From Octopus vulgaris (Eukaryota): 64,000 bases of DNA. Under the pieces are notes generated by a model. The model saw only the letters and a program-made list of their open reading frames with translations. It was not told the DNA's origin and ran no database searches. Position numbers and translations under genes: made by a program. Location of the stretch: contig OX597828.1 of assembly GCA_951406725.2 (NCBI GenBank), positions 2,852,001-2,916,000 of the forward strand. The letters are read 5' to 3'. Shown piece by piece: positions 27,848-39,991 of the stretch (positions are counted from its first letter, which is position 1; each line of letters opens with the position of its first letter).

Positions 27848-28760
27848 CAAGCAGAAGGACATGGTTCCACTCAGGTTATAAACTCATAACCTTAACACAG
27901 TACTCTTTGCTTGTAGTGTAAGATTAGCATATTTCTCAGAAATTAATACTTTTAACACTCAATGGTTTTACACTTTTGTACATTACACGCACATATTATT
28001 CATGTAAGTGCTTCTTCATATGCTGTTTTCTGTCTTGCCATGTTTATCACTGACAATGTAGAAGTTTCTCCCCCATAAAGTACGTTTGTAGGAATTTGGC
28101 AACTCATTTGACAGAGGTAGTAGAGAGCCAATACAATGATATAATCTGGCCTTGAATCTTGAAAGTTTGCATGAATCCTAGTTCAGTTATTTCTCTTGTG
28201 GTTCCAAATGATGTCATCTGTAGTGCAGCGTTGTATTGTCTAATTTTGTTTTGGAAGTGCTTAGAATGTTGGTCAGTTGATGACAACAGCTTCTTCAATG
28301 GCTCTGGAGGTTGTGGCATTGCAGGGAGTTTAACCTTTCCACCACAGCAGCACAATCCAGGTGTCTCTCCAGGCCACTTCCTTGCTTTACAATGTATGCA
28401 CTCAGTTGTCATTGCACCAATGGAAACTCCATAATTAACTGCTGGATCATAGTTGAAAGCTGCTTCATAGAAGTTGCTTCTCTGAGCTGTTGTAACTGCT
28501 CTTCCTTCTGCAGTGGAGATCTTATTTCCTTGTCAGGCGTGCATACCTCTTACAACAGTAAATGCTAGACAGAATGGTTGACAGAATGAAGCAAGAATGA
28601 GAGAATAAGAGATAGAAAGAGAGGAAGTACGGTGAGAAGTGAGATAGGGAACGAGCCTCCCAAATATTAAGCGATAGATATTTGTAACATCGAAAGAAGT
28701 TCAGTTATTGATAGTGTGAGGAAGGAAGAGACAGGAGTGAGAGAGAGAGAGAGATTTAGA

Positions 28761-28792
<32 letters not shown>

Positions 28793-29320
28793 TAGATAGA
28801 GAGATGGAGAGATAGTAACAGAAATCCCTAGAAGAAAGACAAAAAACTGTAGTTCCAACATGCACAAAATGTTTCTATGAGGAACGTGAAGAGTAAGATT
28901 TTCAAGCTAAAAAATATATAGGAAGCTGTGATGTTCATGTATTTTCCCCAGGAACCAAAAGAACAATGCAACTGAAATGTGATAGAAGCGGTTAAAATGT
29001 AAATATTCATCAATGGCATATTGTATACATATATGGGAGTGTGTAGCTAGCCCCAGTTGCTATATCAGACATACATGTGTGTGTCTAGCTAGCTGCAGTT
29101 GCTGCCTCAGTACCAGAAGTTGACAATGAAAAACCTTTTGAAAGAAGTTAATCTTATATAAAGCAATATTGTCTATATTTAATAAAAAAAATAAATCAAG
29201 ACCATATTATTGTATCCTGGGTCAAATTATTCATGCACCCCAAGTATGGAACCAATTCATGCAGTCATTTACGCATGAAAAGTGAACACACACACACAGA
29301 GGTCTATTTTATATATAAGG
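27848..29320 (-). mobile_element. Internally deleted Helitron with Rep/Hel N-terminal fragment
   Basis: Minus ORF 28104-28412 'CIHCKARKWPGETPGLCCCGGKVKLP...NKIRQYNAALQMTSFG...FKIQGQ' matches the Helitron Rep/Hel N-terminal Cys motif; ends resemble the 4260-4657 element. Confidence 0.8.
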
Positions 29321-29884
29321 TAATTAATCCGGGAACTTTTAGATACCACCTCGTATGTATTGCTTAGATACAGAAATATGAACTCATAATCTAAGATTGG
29401 CGGATCATTTTATCTATAGGGACAATTTGGTTGTACAAAATAAAATTAATTAAAATGCTAACTTGTGATGTTTTGAGAAGATGTGTTTAGAAAGTTGTGG
29501 TCAGTGTTTCCATTGTACATACAGTCTGTTGCTTGAAATCATTACAATGCAACACTATTGTGAAAATTCTTCATCAACTGATAGCAGAAAGGGAGAGATA
29601 CCTGACATATTTATAATAGATTAGTGTAACAAGTCAAAATATTGACCTGTTCTTATCTGTCTTAAATATATATTGGCTACTCTGAGGTTGTTGCCATGGT
29701 AGGAAAGTTAAATATGTTCATATAGCTAGTAGTAACATTGAGTCCTGTTCTGAACAGAACACTCAACATTAACTTGTTTAAAGCTTTCTACCCTGGTTGA
29801 GAAATCAATGTCATATAAAATGAATGACTGAAGAAGTGAACAAAACCCTTGTTTTATCACCACCACCACCAATAATAATAATAA

Positions 29885-30349
29885 TAATCCTTTCTACTAT
29901 AGGCACAAGGCCTGAAATTTGGTGGGTTGGGGATAGTTGATTACATCAACCCTAGTAATTGACTGGTACTTAATTTATTGACCCCAAAAGGATGAAAGGC
30001 AAAGTCAACCTTGACAGAATTTGAACTCAGAACATAGCAACGGGTGATATACCACTAAGCATTTCACCCAGCATGCTATCGATTCTGCCAGCTCGCCACC
30101 TTAACATAATAACATAATAATGATAATAATAATAACAATTGTTTCTAATTTTGTCACAAGGCCAACAACAGCAATTTTGATTCTGAGTGGGGTGGAGTAA
30201 AGTCAATTACATCAACCCCAGTACTTGACTGGTACTGAATTTATCAACCTTGATCAGATGAAAAGCAAAGTTGACAAACTCAGAATGTAAAGAGCCAAAA
30301 TAAATATCACTAAGCATTATTTGCTAATGATTCTACCAGCTCACCACCT

Positions 30350-30350
<1 letters not shown>
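29885..30350 (-). mobile_element. Two SINE family B copies
   Basis: Family B core on the minus strand with (aat)n tails. Confidence 0.8.
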
Positions 30351-30396
<46 letters not shown>

Positions 30397-30520
30397 ATAA
30401 TAATAATAATAATAATAGTTATAATAATAATAATAGAAATGGAGTTCTATATTTAAGAGATGAGGAATTATTTACATTATTTACATTTGACGGATATTTG
30501 TCCTCACCTTGTTTGTTGTT

Positions 30521-30566
30521 AACACAATGTTTCAGCTGATATACCCTCCAACCTTCATCAGGTGTC
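30521..30566 (-). ncRNA. Minimal type I hammerhead ribozyme motif
   Basis: GACAC-CUGAUGA-A-GGUUG-loop-CAGCU-GAAA-CA-UU-GUGUU. Confidence 0.7.
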
Positions 30567-30828
30567 TTGGGGAAATTTGAACCTGGGTTCTCATTCCTAA
30601 GGTAGGTAGTTTTCAATGTTGTTATTATTATTCAGGTCACTGCCTGGATTCGAACTCAGAATCTTAGGGTTAGTATCCCATGCTCTTAACAACTACGCCT
30701 TATGTCCACGGGCTACTAAGCCCAAGATTCCGAGTTCAAATCCAGGCAGTGACCTGAATAATAATGATAATAATAACAACATCAAAAAATATCTTAGGAA
30801 TGAGAACCCAGGTTCGAAATTTCCCCAA

Positions 30829-30874
30829 GACACCTGAAGAAGGTTGGAGGGTATATCAGCCGAAACGTTGTGTT
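30829..30874 (+). ncRNA. Intact minimal type I hammerhead ribozyme motif
   Basis: GACAC-CUGAAGA-A-GGUUG-gaggguauau-CAGCC-GAAA-CG-UU-GUGUU; predicted cleavage after GUU (30869). Confidence 0.8.
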
Positions 30875-32170
30875 AACAACAAACAAGATGAGGACAAATA
30901 TCTGTCAATTGTAAATAATAATGGACTCTCTTACCAATGACGACATGTGAGTGTTCAGCTTTTTGCTGAATTATCTGCACAAATGATTTGTTTATAGTTA
31001 TTAACCTTTTTTTTTATCTATGAACCCCTTTGATTACTATTTTATTCTGGTGGACCCCCATCACCATTTGATGTTTAAAAATTAGTTTTATAGAAACTTC
31101 TTTCAAAATTCTTTTTTTTTTACCACACATTAATTTGTGTAGGTTGAACTATGTAAAATGTTAGAGAAAGAAACCTAGCTGTTTCTTGCAAACATATACC
31201 CATACATACATTTAAAGCAAAACTTTTTCAGGGGCTCTTAAAATATTATTGCAGATCTCCAATTTATTGTTTTGTTGCATGGATCTAAAAGAATCTTATA
31301 TGGACTCTCAGGGGCCATATGGGCCTCTCGGGGTAGCATACTTAATTTGTTGCCCAATTTAATACACAACTGCCTGACTCCTCTCTTCCACCCACATGCT
31401 CCCCAGAGTCTCTAACAAAGGACATGTATGCTGCCTTTCTTCCTTTAATTAAGCCATATAACCCTTCTTCATGTCTGTACGGAACTGTCACTACTGATAA
31501 ATTTCATTCTGATCTGTTTACCAATGATTGTTCTATATACAAAACATCTCTACAGACACCTGTGCTCACCTCATATTTAACAGTCTTAATGTTGTTGATA
31601 GTTGCTATGTTGTTGTATATGATTGCCCCAACTGTTGGTTTTTGTTGCTGTCACCATTGTCAGTCTTCAGTTCAGCCCCTGTTTGAACTAATCTTTCATC
31701 AAATACCATGATCGTTCCATATTTTATTCAGACATAGTGCATCCAAGATCGAGATAGTACATTGTATTTTGAAAGAGATTTGGCTGGCATTTCTGAGTAG
31801 ATCAAGTGATCACTTAGAAACTCCATTATTGGCTGTTGCCCCACCTATTGTGGTGGGCTGTGTTAACATTGTGGATGTTTGCAAATATGATGTAGATATC
31901 CCTCTCCGTGTCGGGAGTGATTACTTCAAATCTTATGGTGAAATTGGTGTCGATATTTCAGTATTGTAAATGGTTCTCCTCATTTTCAACAATAATTTCC
32001 TCAGATGTTGTAAATAATTTCTATACATGTTATGGATATTTTCCTTGACTCTTACTGAGTTCGTTACTTGAATGTCAAATCATTCTCTCTTATTGTATCT
32101 CTTTCTTTTGAGAACATTTTATGAATCCAATCAATTGCAAAGTATAAAGTGATTTTCGTTTTATTTGCAG

Positions 32171-32409
32171 AACCATCGCTATTCAACCGTACAATTAATA
32201 GCAACAGCAACAATGTATACAAAAGTGTCCCTCTTGTGGATTTCATCAAACAACAACAGGCTGACATGGGCAACCATGGTCAGCTCACTCAAGAAAAACT
32301 GCAAGACCTGCTGACCACTCATTTGGTTCAGCAGTTCCTACAGATGAGGCAGTCAACAAATGAACAGACGAAGCCAGCTGACTTGGTGCAAGATGTACAC
32401 AATGCCAAT
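32171..32409 (+). CDS. Upstream exon of TPR-repeat gene (candidate start ATG at 32266: MGNHGQLTQEKLQ...)
   Basis: Acceptor ttttatttgcag|, donor |gtaagt; open frame ends in phase 0, matching the phase-0 acceptor at 35363; good start context gacATGg. Confidence 0.7.
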
Positions 32410-32849
32410 GTAAGTTCACTCACCACCACCACCACCACCACCACCACTTGACTACTATCATTAACAACACAATTCACACAAACTTACCTCTTATCTTTTC
32501 ACCTGACACTTTCATATGCTCCCCTTTATCTTTATTCTCATGCTACTCCTAATGGGGGTTTCATATTCCATGTCATGTTTCTGTCTTAACATTTTGGCCT
32601 TAAACTTGATGGTCCTAATTTTAGCATTGGTTTGATGCTTTTTAACAAAAATCTATCGGCAAAATGGAACAGATCATGGTTTCTTGGAAGCTAAACTGCT
32701 ACCCTGAAGGCTTCCTGAATTATTGTAAAGTTTCCTTTTCTCATTTATCTTCTTTAAATGTGCAATAGTGTTTTCTATAACCACTTCTTACCTTCTTCTT
32801 TAATTCATATTGGCATTGTTGCAATCTAATTGGAAAATAGCAGCAAGAT

Positions 32850-33950
32850 AAAGAGGTGTAATTATGTCTGATATCAGTAAATCATACACACCATGTTGTT
32901 GATACCACACTCTTCCATACTTTCCCATACTCGAGTATGCCATGTTCAATATATGGCTTTACAATAACAGATTAACAACAACACTAAACCTGCTTACCAT
33001 TACTCTGGTCACCAGTAATACTAGATAACATTAACTTGTAGATCACTTTGCAATCAATGAAATCAGCATTTCACGCACTCATAAAACAGAAACTGTAGCA
33101 TCATATATAAATGGAATCTTAGAACTTTCTTTGCTACATAAAAACATAACAAACAGAAATGATACACACATTGCAAAAACAGTTGAATGAGAAGAATCCA
33201 CAAAGCTAATCTATACTCAATACAAGATCTACCAGGATCCTGGCAAATCCTGTATTCAAATTTCAGTGCCAGAAACCATGATACATGACACTGAAAATAC
33301 TACTCTCCACGCATTAAATGCTGCACACAAACCATTCACAACCTGAAACCAACTACATTGAAAATACAAGCAAAGAAGTCAGAATGGAATCTTTCATGCG
33401 ATTATTCATCTTACTCAATATAGCGACTACATCTCTCTCCTTTAAAAGAAACAACAAAACATTTTGAGTTCTAAATATGAGAGTCACATATCCACAATAG
33501 AGATGGGGACACAAACACTAAAAAGTACAATCATACAATGAAGCTGGACTCAAATCAAAAACCACAGAACATCTTATACCTATAGATGGGGTTAGATATT
33601 TTTATCAGCTACTTATATACCATTCACTTGTTACTCAGCAACAACAGCAGAAAAACAAATATATTAAAGCTTAAAGCATTACTGTGTGCTTTGAGAAATC
33701 TAGTTTATAACTACAGTCTGTTTCAACTGACATGGTCCAGCATCTACGTACCCTATTACTCAACATTTTGATACATCAGTAACACTTAAAGCAGTAATTC
33801 AATTTCATCATAAAAATTGATATCTTCGTCCCTGTCTCACCCAACTGGTCCAGACAAACACAAATATTCATACACACCGAAATAACTATTATTGATTGCT
33901 TCATTATACCAAGATTCTGTTATACTGAATGCATTATAGGAAAAAAGAAG
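32850..33950 (+). mobile_element. Highly degenerate LINE RT remnant in the intron
   Basis: 'agaatggaatctttcatgcgat' resembles a GIFQGD-type RT motif B; A-rich coding-like strand with many stops. Confidence 0.3.
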
Positions 33951-35362
33951 TAACATGCCCTGACTTACAGCTATTCTTTCATGGAATTTCTATTGTGTTC
34001 CTAGCTGTGATACTTTCGAGTTGTGGACAGGAATAGGGCTGTTGGATATTCAATTGGTTACTCTGCATAGGTTTATTCAAGCCTAACAGACTTAGAATAC
34101 TTAACAGTATCAAAGTATAAATGTGACATGAGTTTATAGTGTAATAGTGAATTACTGTGTAATTTCCCAGTAAATTAAAAAGTGCCAATCGATTAAAGTG
34201 GAGGGAAAATAGGGAAGGGAGAGATTCAGGAAAACATGGGGCAAAACATTGAAGGCCAACCTCAAAATGCTAAAACAGTCTATGGAACTTGGTGCAGCCC
34301 CTGGCCTTGTCAGTTCCTGTCAAGCCGTCCAACCCATGCCAGCACAGAAAACGGATGTTAAATGTAGATAATGGTTATGATGATGATGATGAATTTGCCT
34401 TACAATTCCTCAAGTTGAAATTACAGGATGATTTCTTTGTTTGATATAATGTATGATGCAAGTGAAACAGAGTATTCTGCTGAAGGGTTCATTACAACAT
34501 AAAAGAGTCTATTGCCTAACAATTGAGTTGCTCCTAATAATTTCTTGCACATGTTTGGAATGCTTGAGCATGTGAGACTAAGTGTTCTTCATTAACCCAA
34601 CATAGTGCCAATAGTAAGAATACAAACTGATGATAAATAAGTTAAGGGCCTGAGACCTCATCCATTTTTCAATAACTCTGGCCATTACTACCACAATCTC
34701 TACTAATCTTGACTTTCCAACCCTATAATACATCTACCTATACCCATTTAGTGAGGCTGACATTCCTTTCTACATTTATATTACTATTATGTTTCAATCA
34801 GCTCCAGTTCTTTTTGAAAACTTGTCTCTGAAAGTTCTTTCACTTCATAACTCCCCCTCTTGTTTTCTCTCTTATAACCATCTTTTCATTTCACTCACAG
34901 AAATTTAAACTGAATGTTAAATAGAAGCCTTGTCTCCCAATCACTGAAGTTTTTAAATTTTATGAGCTTTGTAGTTCTTATGAAATTGATAAATAAAAGT
35001 AAAATTATTCTGGATTTGATTGGTTTGTTCAGTAACTCAGCTTAGTGCTATACAGACTCTCTGTCTTTTTCCCTTTTAAACCCTTTATTAAACACTGTGC
35101 TGAAATTTTCTACCCCATGAAGAACCAAACCATCAAGAATATCTCTCCTCTTTGCCCATGTTTTCTGTTCACATAAATTAAATATTAACCACAGGAATAC
35201 CATTTCCCATTTCTTTCTTCTTGCTCAGACTTCCTGAAAAGATAAAAATAGTAACCAACCTGCTTTTTTATGCTGTTTATTGTGTTTATTTTATTTTATT
35301 TTTTTCGTTTTCAAAGAAAAATTATGAAACTGATATATTTTATATTGTAATCTCTGTTTCAG

Positions 35363-38300
35363 AAAACTGCTGCTGAGGAGTCACTTAAAGATAATGTCAA
35401 GAAAGCTGAATTACCTGATTCTCTCGATAACGCAACAAAATTGCTCAATGAATACCAACTGGATGAATCTGAGCACATGTTCTTGCGTCTGCATCAACAG
35501 GCATTATGTAGTCCAGATGACCAACGTCAATCCCTGGTAAATGTACTTGTAAATCTTGCTGAAATATGTTTACGTCGCAGCCGCAGATGTCGAGACAATC
35601 CGATGGAGAAGCAGTGGCTTTACACTCATACCATTGCCCTCCTACAAAATGCATCAGAAATTTGTGATAAAGCAATGCACGGTGAAGATGGTGAAGCATG
35701 TGACACAGCTTGGTTTGAGCAACAACAGTTATCCATTTCAACAAAACTAAGGCCAGTTGAAGATAACCAAAGCCGTATTCTTTATAACTGGCTGAAGAAT
35801 GAAGAAAAGATGATTGAGACACTTCGGCCATTATTTGCTTCAACACCATCAATTCAGACCAAGAATTTCCCCTTGACACCAAGCATGCCTCGTCAGAACC
35901 TGTTTCCTGGGATGCCGTGTTTTGTTTCAAATGAAGCAAAGTCAGACAAGGATAACTTTGCTGAAAGGTTACGATGGCTTACAAAATTTTGGCGGTACTG
36001 CCGAGATCGCTTACATAACAAAAACTTCAAAGAAATTGTTGAGCGACTCTCTGAGAAAGTTGAAGAAGAAATGAACAACTTTGAATCACCAATTTCTCCA
36101 GTTAATGAAAATAACAACAACGAGAAAGAATTTGAAGATGTCTTCTACCTTGATGTTGAGGAAGTACGGGATATAGGAAATATCAAAGAACTTTCAGATG
36201 TTAACTCTCCTGTCCGCCAGTACTCCCTATCATACGAGCTCGCCTCTAGTGATGTCAATGTTGAGGGATGGGACTTCTTTTTGGAAGAGCGTAAAAATTA
36301 CAAGTTTGACACAGTTATCCAGATGTCGCCACATGTGAAGTCTCAAACTAATGAATGTGAGTTTATTATAGACACTGAACTTTCTGATGAGAAGCAAAGG
36401 TTGGCTGATATGTCCGAACTGATTTCTCCCTTGCATGAACACAGCATTAGTCTCACTATTGTACGTTCTTTAATCAAACTTGCAGAGAGATTAGCAAAAG
36501 AGGAAGATTTTACTAAAGCCGAAGCACTATATGAACAGATTTATATTATTCTCTTTGAAATTCAAGATTCCAGTGTGTCTGTGATGAAGTTGAAGGCTAA
36601 TGTAATGAAAAATTTGGGAATGTTGAAATGCAAACTCAGCAAAGGAGAAGTTGGACTGAAAATGCTCAAGAAAGGGTTACAAATGTGCCGTGAACTTGGG
36701 GAAGATGGAGTTAACAGTGAAGTGTCTGTTCTAATGTTTGAACTTGGAAATGGGTATATTGTTGAGAAGTGGAATGATGAGTCGTTCTTTGACAATATCA
36801 TTGCAGTGATTGCTGAGTCTTTTGAAAAAGAATTCTCTGATCCTGATAATGAAACCTCATCGAGTCAGACTTCTCAAAATGAAAACAATAATGAAAGTAT
36901 GAATGAAAGTACAAAGATAGACGATAAAAATGTCAAAGAAGCAATGTCTTGTTTTGAGGAAGCAATAAGTATACTAGACGAGATACCTCAGCGTGATGAG
37001 AAACAAACAGATGTCCTTGCCAAATCCTATCTCAAACTTGGGGATTGCCATTTTATGATGAAAGAATTCAATGAAGCACTCATTTGTTTCGAAAAATCAT
37101 GGACCCTTTTCAATTCTCGTGGTCAGTCAGCTGGGAGAGCTCTGTTCTTAGAGAATGCCCATGTTTTGCTTATGTTAGGCGTTTCAAGTTTCATGCTACA
37201 TGTCTACCCACGCACTGTCTCCGTGTTCGAACTGGCCTATAGGATGCTTAGGTATGCGTATGGATTGTCAGGACAAAATTTTTTTGTTGGCCTGATTCTT
37301 TCATTACTTGGAATAACGTACTACAAATTGAAATATTACCACAAATGTGTGTCTGTTTGTTTTCAAGCTTTTGAAATTTTCTCTAACCTTTATCAAAATA
37401 CATTGTCTACTCTTCCCAAGCATAAGTTCTGGTTGGTTTGCCAGACATTATATGTCCTTGGAAACTCATATAATGTGCTTAATTTACAACACAAAGCCAT
37501 TAAATACCTCTCTTTAGGCAGGTCATTGATGTTGTCCACAGATTCTGCTGACAAAAGACAACACATGAGAATTTTACAGATTCTAGGTGACTGTTATTTT
37601 GCACAATATGACTACAAAACCTCACTTGATTTCTACAATGAAGCTCTTACTCTTGCTGATGACAAGGAGAATCAGGAAGATTTTGATCCAAACCAGAGCT
37701 CTGAAGATATGGCCTTGCACAATCAATTGCTAAGCCGTTCTGCAGATGCACATATTAGCATGAGACAGTACCAGAATGCTGTTCACTATTTAGAGCAAGC
37801 ACGAGATATTCAGGATATTTTACAAGAAGATATTAAAGGTGACCTGGTCAGTACGTTAAAGCAACTTGGTCAAATGCATTCTGTGGCAGGGGATGTTGAA
37901 AAGGCTATTGAGTCCTACAATGAGTGTATCGAAATCTATAAGGAAATCCATGGAAAACTTGAACCAGAAATGTGTGAAACTCTTGGAAATTTGGCTACAA
38001 TGTGCTATGTGAAAGCTTGTATTTGTGAAGACATTGACCAAGAACTTGAAATGATTTTGAGAGCAGAGCAATGCTTCCAAGATGCTCTCACAATGGAAAT
38101 GAATCATTGTGTTTGTGTAAAATATGCCAATTTCTTGTACAGCCAAGGAAACTATGATGATGCTATATTATATTTAGAAGATTGTTTGAAACTCCAAATC
38201 CCATTTCCAAACATTGTGTATGGTGGACTGGAGAAAGTAACTCTACCCGAACTTCTTCAAGAGGAGGTTGATGCCCAGGAAGAAGTGGTACTTCCAGCAT

Positions 38301-38716
38301 CGTCTTTGGCATATTACTTACTAATTCTTTGCAACCGGTTGATGAATCGTGCTGATGGAGCAGAAAAGTATATCCTACTTCTCATGGAAGAAGCATACTT
38401 ATTTCAAGACCCTCTCCTTCATTCCCTTCTAGGATATTCCCTTATGGAGTTGTCTCTATATGAGGAAGCAGCCCTCTCTTTTTTTGAAGCAGCAATAATG
38501 CAACCAGAATATTTCCTTGCAATGGACAATTACTGTATCTGTTTATGTCTTCTTGTTCTCACCACACTACAGCGAGCCATTATTACTATGCTGAAAAGTA
38601 CTGGGGTAGAGTTTGAGGAATATTCATATGATTGTATCTCACCTTTCTCAAATTGCCAGCTAACACCAAACTATCTGGAATTATCAGATACAGAACTACA
38701 AGAAATTTTCAACTAA
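35363..38716 (+). CDS. Terminal coding exon of an uncharacterized tetratricopeptide-repeat (TPR) protein (1117 codons in this exon)
   Basis: Acceptor tctctgtttcag| at 35362 in frame with the 1091-aa ORF, whose listed start is TTG. Many TPR-like helices (AKSYLKLGDCHFMMKEFNEALICFEKS; ILGDCYFAQYDYKTSLDFYNEAL; TLKQLGQMHSVAGDVEKAIESYNECI; YANFLYSQGNYDDAILYLE) with acidic linkers; TAA stop at 38714-38716. Confidence 0.9.
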   Translation, partial: KTAAEESLKDNVKKAELPDSLDNATKLLNEYQLDESEHMFLRLHQQALCSPDDQRQSLVNVLVNLAEICLRRSRRCRDNPMEKQWLYTHTIALLQNASEICDKAMHGEDGEACDTAWFEQQQLSISTKLRPVEDNQSRILYNWLKNEEKMIETLRPLFASTPSIQTKNFPLTPSMPRQNLFPGMPCFVSNEAKSDKDNFAERLRWLTKFWRYCRDRLHNKNFKEIVERLSEKVEEEMNNFESPISPVNENNNNEKEFEDVFYLDVEEVRDIGNIKELSDVNSPVRQYSLSYELASSDVNVEGWDFFLEERKNYKFDTVIQMSPHVKSQTNECEFIIDTELSDEKQRLADMSELISPLHEHSISLTIVRSLIKLAERLAKEEDFTKAEALYEQIYIILFEIQDSSVSVMKLKANVMKNLGMLKCKLSKGEVGLKMLKKGLQMCRELGEDGVNSEVSVLMFELGNGYIVEKWNDESFFDNIIAVIAESFEKEFSDPDNETSSSQTSQNENNNESMNESTKIDDKNVKEAMSCFEEAISILDEIPQRDEKQTDVLAKSYLKLGDCHFMMKEFNEALICFEKSWTLFNSRGQSAGRALFLENAHVLLMLGVSSFMLHVYPRTVSVFELAYRMLRYAYGLSGQNFFVGLILSLLGITYYKLKYYHKCVSVCFQAFEIFSNLYQNTLSTLPKHKFWLVCQTLYVLGNSYNVLNLQHKAIKYLSLGRSLMLSTDSADKRQHMRILQILGDCYFAQYDYKTSLDFYNEALTLADDKENQEDFDPNQSSEDMALHNQLLSRSADAHISMRQYQNAVHYLEQARDIQDILQEDIKGDLVSTLKQLGQMHSVAGDVEKAIESYNECIEIYKEIHGKLEPEMCETLGNLATMCYVKACICEDIDQELEMILRAEQCFQDALTMEMNHCVCVKYANFLYSQGNYDDAILYLEDCLKLQIPFPNIVYGGLEKVTLPELLQEEVDAQEEVVLPASSLAYYLLILCNRLMNRADGAEKYILLLMEEAYLFQDPLLHSLLGYSLMELSLYEEAALSFFEAAIMQPEYFLAMDNYCICLCLLVLTTLQRAIITMLKSTGVEFEEYSYDCISPFSNCQLTPNYLELSDTELQEIFN

Positions 38717-38973
38717 TCCTGTGATATACAATTTTTTGTTAACCTCTTATTTAATTTTTTTTTTTAACTATCAATCTGCTCTGATTCCCTCCAACAACAA
38801 CAAAAACAATTGTTGCCAGATTATTGCAAACTAATTTTTGTAAAATATTGTGCCTGAAATATTTTTTTTTAATCTGGCAGCTGATGGCTCATGTTGTAGG
38901 TACACTTGGAATTTCATTCTCATATTGTCATGATATTTTCCTTTTCTCAATTTTTTTTTTTTATTTCCCTTTA

Positions 38974-38979
38974 AATAAA
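38974..38979 (+). terminator. Candidate polyadenylation signal AATAAA for the TPR gene
   Basis: AATAAA about 260 nt after the stop; AT-rich context, so weak. Confidence 0.3.
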
Positions 38980-39739
38980 ACAACAAAAACAATTTTTTAT
39001 GCATACAATTGAAGTAAATGGAAAAGAAAATGGAAACTTCCTAATATATAAAAATTTCTCTCCAAACTTTAACATGTTTTTGCAATAAGTGTTTAGCTGT
39101 TTTCTTCAATGATACATGTTGTATAAATGGTTTACTGTTGTCCACCACTGATTTTCTAGCATCCTTGATTCCAAAGCCTTGCTTTATTCATTAGACTAAC
39201 ATAGCGTGCATAATATTTTCACAATACATTTATGACTCTCTACTTAGACACATGCTTTTTTTTTATGCACTATGGCTAACTAGAAACATGTATTTAATAA
39301 CCACTAATATGAACTTGATGATTGAATTAAATACAAGAAGATGAGTATAGTTATCTTGTATTGACACTGACCAGACTTATGCTTCACAACACAGCTAATT
39401 TGAGCATTTATAGCTAAGGTTAAGTATAAGCAAATTAATTTAAGGACATCTAGAATCAAGGAATCATCATTTATAAACAATTAGAATATGGACTTCATAC
39501 TATGTCATCATTGGTTAATCTGTAAATGAATCAATGGTCATGGCAATTCCAAAAATGGTTTTGTGATTTAGAGGTTCCGTACCATCAGCTTCTGGAAAAT
39601 CAGTGATGTACCCATGTGTGTGTTAGTGTAGGAACCAATGTGAAAACAGCTGGTTTTGTCAAGTGTGGTTATGATGTGAATGTATGAAAACATCTATTTG
39701 AGAGAGAAACAAAAAAATAATTATTAAAGATTTATATGG

Positions 39740-39771
<32 letters not shown>

Positions 39772-39939
39772 ATATGCATATATGTAACTATGATTTTTGT
39801 CTAATGGTCATGTAACTAATATAAAATGCTCTATACATGCTAATATATATAGAACATAGTGGAATGTTAAACTTTAAAAGTATGAAGTACTTTACCACAA
39901 GATTTCCAATATTTAACTATCTCAACATGTATGATTTTA

Positions 39940-39991
<52 letters not shown>

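Larger units (their letters stand above)
27189..29355. mobile_element. mariner-like element carrying nested RTE and Helitron insertions
   Basis: TIRs ta-tgagatggtatcaaaaatttcccaga (27189) and tccgggaactttt agataccacctcg-ta (29355); TA TSD. Confidence 0.7.
30444..30920. mobile_element. Palindromic pair of tRNA-headed, hammerhead-bearing SINE-like elements (locus 2)
   Basis: Minus arm 30707->30444 with full tRNA-like head abuts plus arm 30708-30920 with a 5'-truncated head that keeps the B box (gagttcaaatcc); short flanking direct repeat aatgga. Confidence 0.85.

Noticed and set aside
35445-38146. Antisense and alternate-frame ORFs inside the TPR exon
   Set aside because: Shadows of the real + strand CDS; no recognisable motifs.
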